A DNA stretch of 64,000 bases from Amphiscolops sp. MND2022 (taxonomy: Eukaryota): positions 58,220,001 through 58,284,000 of the forward strand of contig OZ076409.1 in the NCBI GenBank assembly GCA_964187785.1, written 5' to 3'. Every line of letters begins with the position of its first letter. Position 1 is the stretch's first letter. Made by a program: the position numbers and the translations under genes. The notes beneath the pieces are model-generated. The model had not been told where the DNA came from, made no database searches, and saw only the letters and a program-made list of their open reading frames with translations. Shown in pieces: positions 59,346 through 64,000 of this stretch.

Positions 59346-61150
59346 ATCAATTATCTGAATTCAGATCCCTTCTTAATATGACCGCATCTCATCTGTACCC
59401 TCAGAGTACTAATTTAGTCATGTCATTTCGTGATGATTGATGTTTTGAAAGTTATATTTATAATCAATCGTTGAACAACTTTAGCATAAAATGTCAAAGC
59501 TCCAAAAGATTAAAGCGATTGAACCATTCCTGTTGCAAGCACCTCTAAAACAATGCTTTTTTTTACTACATGGCAATTGTATTATCTGAAATTTCCTTTG
59601 CCAAATGCCGCAAAACCAAATACTGAAGCAAAAGTTTGTTTGTTTTCCTGTTCAAAACGAAAACCAACTGAAGTGGTTTCGGGAATGTGAAATGTTTTGT
59701 TAATCTGAAGTCCCCATGCTTTTCTAGCTCGTTTATTTACCGTCTGTCTTGTGCTCCATGGGCTGGTAACTGTGAACTTGTTTCATGCAATTAACCCTTG
59801 AATGAAATTTCCTTTTCCAAGGTGGAACCCTTAATAAAATTAAACCATAATTGGTATAAAAACATTGAAAATGCAGTTTGGAAATGACAAACTTGCATGA
59901 AATGTTGCATGGGTTTTGAAGACTTGAGTGTTTGCGGTAAAGTCACGTGAAACTATTTGACCTTCTTTGAGTCCCAGAAACTTCAACTAACCGGTTGTTC
60001 GAATCGGTCTCCACGATCCAATAAGGTCAACACTGGTCACATCGAAAGTTTCCATCTTGCAACCCAGTTTGAAAATTGAAGAGTAACCGCTTGGCGGGAA
60101 GAGTGAACAAAGCAATGCGATCAATTTAATTTAATTGGAAAGAAAAGCGAGGCTCCACTTTTCTGTGCTGTCAGTTTCCATCAATTACTCTTCACCGTGA
60201 ATTCTTGGTAGAAGTGAAAAGAAATAATTTATCGACTTGATGACTGAACTAAATCAATAATTCAAGCTTCAATTGTGTACAAAGATGTAGCATTAGTTCT
60301 GTTACTTCTGCATTTCGGTGATTTCTCTGCGGTACCACCTTCGTTGCGATCACATTTTGTGCTAACTGTCGGGTAACAGGGTATAACTGACATGGGTGTA
60401 TTGTGTCGCACCCCACCCCTCTCTGTGTCCTTTAACAAAATCTTGGTGCCTGCTCGGGTAGCTGTAGACAGCCTGGTATATCGAAGGAATAAAAGCCAGG
60501 GATGATGCTACACAAATGGCTGTAGGGATGCTTGAAGGCTGCAGATTTGCTGCCTTCCTTGTAGATAATTACAGGCACTTCTTGCTCTGGTTTATGCACT
60601 CAGAAGAGAAGTAAGAAGTAAGTACCAAGACAGGACCCGGAGAACAAAGTAAAGCGAATAGAACCTGAAATATTCACAGAGCGAAGTGCTGCTGGAAAAC
60701 CTCTGGAAATTGTTCAGCTCTTTTAGTGTTGCATCAAACCATGCTGTGACATGAGCAAGTGTGGTTGTGACAGCTTGGAGATATTATAAAATCCCATCAC
60801 CAACAGCTGAGCCGACCTAGGCAACGCTGATGCATTACACCCTTTCGCCATGTTATAATTTACTCCCCGCGTAGATTATATTTGCTCATTTTTCTTAGCC
60901 TCCAGCTTACTTCAAGGTTACCCATGACCAATTTTTTCTGGCCTTTCGTATATATTTCAAAGTTTTCTACCGCTTGAAACTTAATGTTCAAGTTCTATGT
61001 GACGTCATAAGACTTCATGATGAACTCATTTGAAAATCTTGAAGCATTCACCAATTTTGAGTTTTGGGTGCAATCAAGTGAATTCCAGGAAATGTGGCTA
61101 ATGTATCACAAACATTTGAATATAGCAAAAACTCCAGGGTGCCAAAAACA

Positions 61151-61656
61151 GGCTACGGAAAACTCAACACATGAAAACTCAACACATGAAAATTCAACAC
61201 AAGAAAACTCAACACAGAAAACTCAACACATTTAATTAATTTTAGTTAACACCTCCATTAAGTTTATTTTCCGAAATCTAACTAATTGTTAAATCCGTAT
61301 TATTTCCGTTTACACTTAGTCGCAATTGCGACTCATTTTAAAAACATATAAAGACGTATAATTTTCTTTACACCTAGTCATGATTGCGATTCTTTCCTAT
61401 ATTAAACTGTTTTTCACGTTGAAACGTTGTTAACATTGGCCCAAATCATGAAACAAAACGATAGAAAAAGTTTAAACGCAAACACGAATACTTTAGAAAA
61501 AATGCATAAATTTTGAGCCGTACGAACAAGGGATATAGATGTATAATATATATCACGATTATTAAATGCTTAAAATGTGTTGAGTTTTCTGTGTTGAGTT
61601 TTCGTGTGTTGAGTTTTCTTGTGTTGAGTTTTCTTGTGTTGAGTTTTCTGGTAATC
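61151..61656. mobile_element. Foldback/Mutator-like MITE with tandem-repeat TIRs
   Basis: About 5x GAAAACTCAACAC(A) at the left end, inverted at the right end. 9-bp TSD CCAAAAACA (61142-61150 and 61657-61665). Confidence 0.82.
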
Positions 61657-64000
61657 CCAAAAACATCCGTATTTTTAAAATTTTCTCAAGACCTTCGAAA
61701 TTTTCTCTGTCACTGATGTTCTCACGTTCTAGGTAACAGAAAGTATGTCCCTAAAAATTCCGAACTCTTTGAAAAGTTTTCTGAAAGAATTTTTGACAGT
61801 TTTCTAAAAAATGATTGACCTAAGAAAGAAAAAGTTGTTCCCCTATTCCGCGGGGCGGACGACGAAAACCCGTTGTTTTCTGAATCGGTACCTTTTTTAT
61901 AAGCGGTTGAAAGTTCCTTAGCATAGAAAAGAGGTTTGAGAGAGACGAAGAATTTGTCACAAATGAAAACGAGCGTAATGATTTGGAATTTTCTCGTGTC
62001 AAATGTAGTTTCAAAAATGTAAAAGACTCTTAAGTATGCGCTCGAAATCTAAAATTAAGTAAAAAGCGCCAAAAATGCAGTCGAAAAAATTGTTTCTGTT
62101 CGTGTTTAGACCGACTTCTATTCGTTGCAGTTAACTTAATGAGACAATAATTCATACTACTGCTATTTGAATTTGACGGTTATAACTTGAATAGTGTGGA
62201 AATGTTTTAGAAAGAGAAAACGAAACATTCGTGCAACCATACCTTATTCAAAAGTAAGCTGTTTTGTATGTACATCAATCGAATTGTCTTCTTTGTTGGT
62301 AATTGTTTTGCACCATTTCCAAATGAGTTTTCTTTAAACCTGCTGTTCCGTATTGTTATTTCAGAAGAATTGGCGTTTCATAACAATTAAGCGCGCCGAA
62401 AAGAAACGGGCTGATGGTTCAACGTGATACAGATGTACCATGTTTGTTTTTGCTATGCTGAAATGCTGTCAAACTGCAGATCGATGAATCGCTAAGTTTC
62501 TAAGAACTGGGAGGGGCTATGAAAGTAATTATATTGGTTGGAGTAAAAATGTTCACTGGTTTTCAACGTTGCCGTAAGTAGGAATATTAGTGTCCGTGGC
62601 TGATTCAAGTCCACTTTTGAGGTGCTTATCCTGTTTAATACACTACCTGATACTTCCTCCCAATTTGCGCAATACTCTCATCCCCTATCCAATTACGGCT
62701 CTCATCCTGGTCAAATGTGACGAGAGCAGCCCAAAATAAATAGCACCATTAAAAAAGCATCATTAAAGAGCGACACCTAACAAGAGTGGCTGTGCTAAGA
62801 TTGGATAGCGTAAATCGTTGGTATGTTCTTGGTTCTCGCTGGTTGCAGTTAAAGAAGTCCCGTCGCCCTTTTACGACAAGAAAGTGAGATGAAGGAAATG
62901 AATGGATTTATTGAATTCGTTTTCAAGGCTCCAGAGTTCGTATTCAATCTAAAGACAAATGAAAATAAATCATTATCTAGGTACAATAAAAGATTTTTTA
63001 TATTCAATCTGACGTGGTTGGTTGTTTAACGCTCGTATAGATCAAAACTGCATGGCTGAGAAATGGAGACGATTATTTATACAACGAAGTAACTTCAACA
63101 CAGTGTTTCCTTTGTGCTTGTTATCTGCCTCGATACAGTGGATCGAACACCTTCGAACCGACTGGCAATTCTAAGGTTCCAAATTAGATTTATTTTCAGT
63201 AGGGTAAAAATAAACCAAGCTCTTTGAATGTATTCTCACTGCAGTTGGTCTAAAAACCATGATGCTTCAAGATCCGCTTACATTACGTCTAGATGTTGTC
63301 TCTTTAAGCTGCCCTGTCAACGCATTACGTCAAGGTTGTTTTTGGCTATTTTTTTCTGCTTTATGCATTCAAGTTTATAAAAGCAGTTCCGACTGAGAAA
63401 ATGGCATCGGGGAACCTTCAGCACAATCAAAAGGCACTTAATACTTAATTTTTATTATTTGGACGTTTTTACGACTGCTAATTAATTTTTTATTGCTATA
63501 TAAATAAAACAGTTTCAAAAATACAAATTTCTAGCTTTAACAAAGAGTAGATTCATTGTTTTTGTGGCATATTTTTCATTTGAATATTTCGATTGAATGG
63601 AGTGACCTCTTTATACGACATTGAGGCTTTTTGAGAGATGTTTTATGTGGAAGATGCTATTTTTTGTTTCATTTCCATGTTTGAGCTGCTATTGAAGTAA
63701 CGACATCTTTAAGGCAATAGTGGTTTTATTTCCAGATTCAATATATGCAATAGCGTAAAATTAATCGCAGTCACATTTTCCACTTTGTCAGTTTTGTCAT
63801 ACTCCAAATACTGCTCTTTCCATAGAATTCAATTACAAAAGTTAGTAATATTATTTTTTTCAAGAAGAGGAATTTTTTCAAGTGCTTCAACTTTTGTTTT
63901 CAATTTGGAACTTTTTAAGTATATTACGAGTAAATGTGAGGAAACAACAAAGCGTTTCTGAATTTTATCAAAAGTGCTACTGAAAATTGAGTTAAAATGA

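Noticed and set aside
23000..59440. Many 60-160 aa ORFs containing KGPP/GGPF/LRYGAD
   Set aside because: They are translations of HINE-B repeats.
60360..60850. GC-richer segment resembling a retroelement UTR or ribozyme
   Set aside because: No complete hammerhead/HDV core, ORF or tail could be identified.

Overview
AT-rich, repeat-dense animal genomic DNA; the host species cannot be identified from the sequence. Positions ~1/4507-18390 hold an apparently intact Polinton/Maverick (adintovirus-like) element. It encodes protein-primed PolB (Zn fingers, OTU-like domain, VSR-like nuclease insert), adenain protease, major and minor capsid proteins, a basic core protein, DDE integrase, packaging ATPase, a small membrane protein, PLA2-like and PC4-like ORFs. 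The right terminus is ...ACTACT at 18390; the left terminus is not in the window. It carries a 6x112-bp palindromic array between divergent genes and is bordered by a ~3-kb 166-bp A-tract satellite. To the right, a minus-strand host HCN channel gene (N-terminus to S4) runs toward the Polinton. Its S1-S4 exons are tandemly duplicated in a ~6.0-kb unit that begins exactly at the 5' end of a Helentron-type (HINE/DINE-1-like) element. The rest of the window is dominated by a second HINE family (many copies, tandem 5'-end and 3'-end arrays), a deleted LINE interrupted by a CACTA-like MITE, a Foldback/MULE-like MITE and decayed transposon remnants. All family assignments come from motif recognition by eye, not from database searches.
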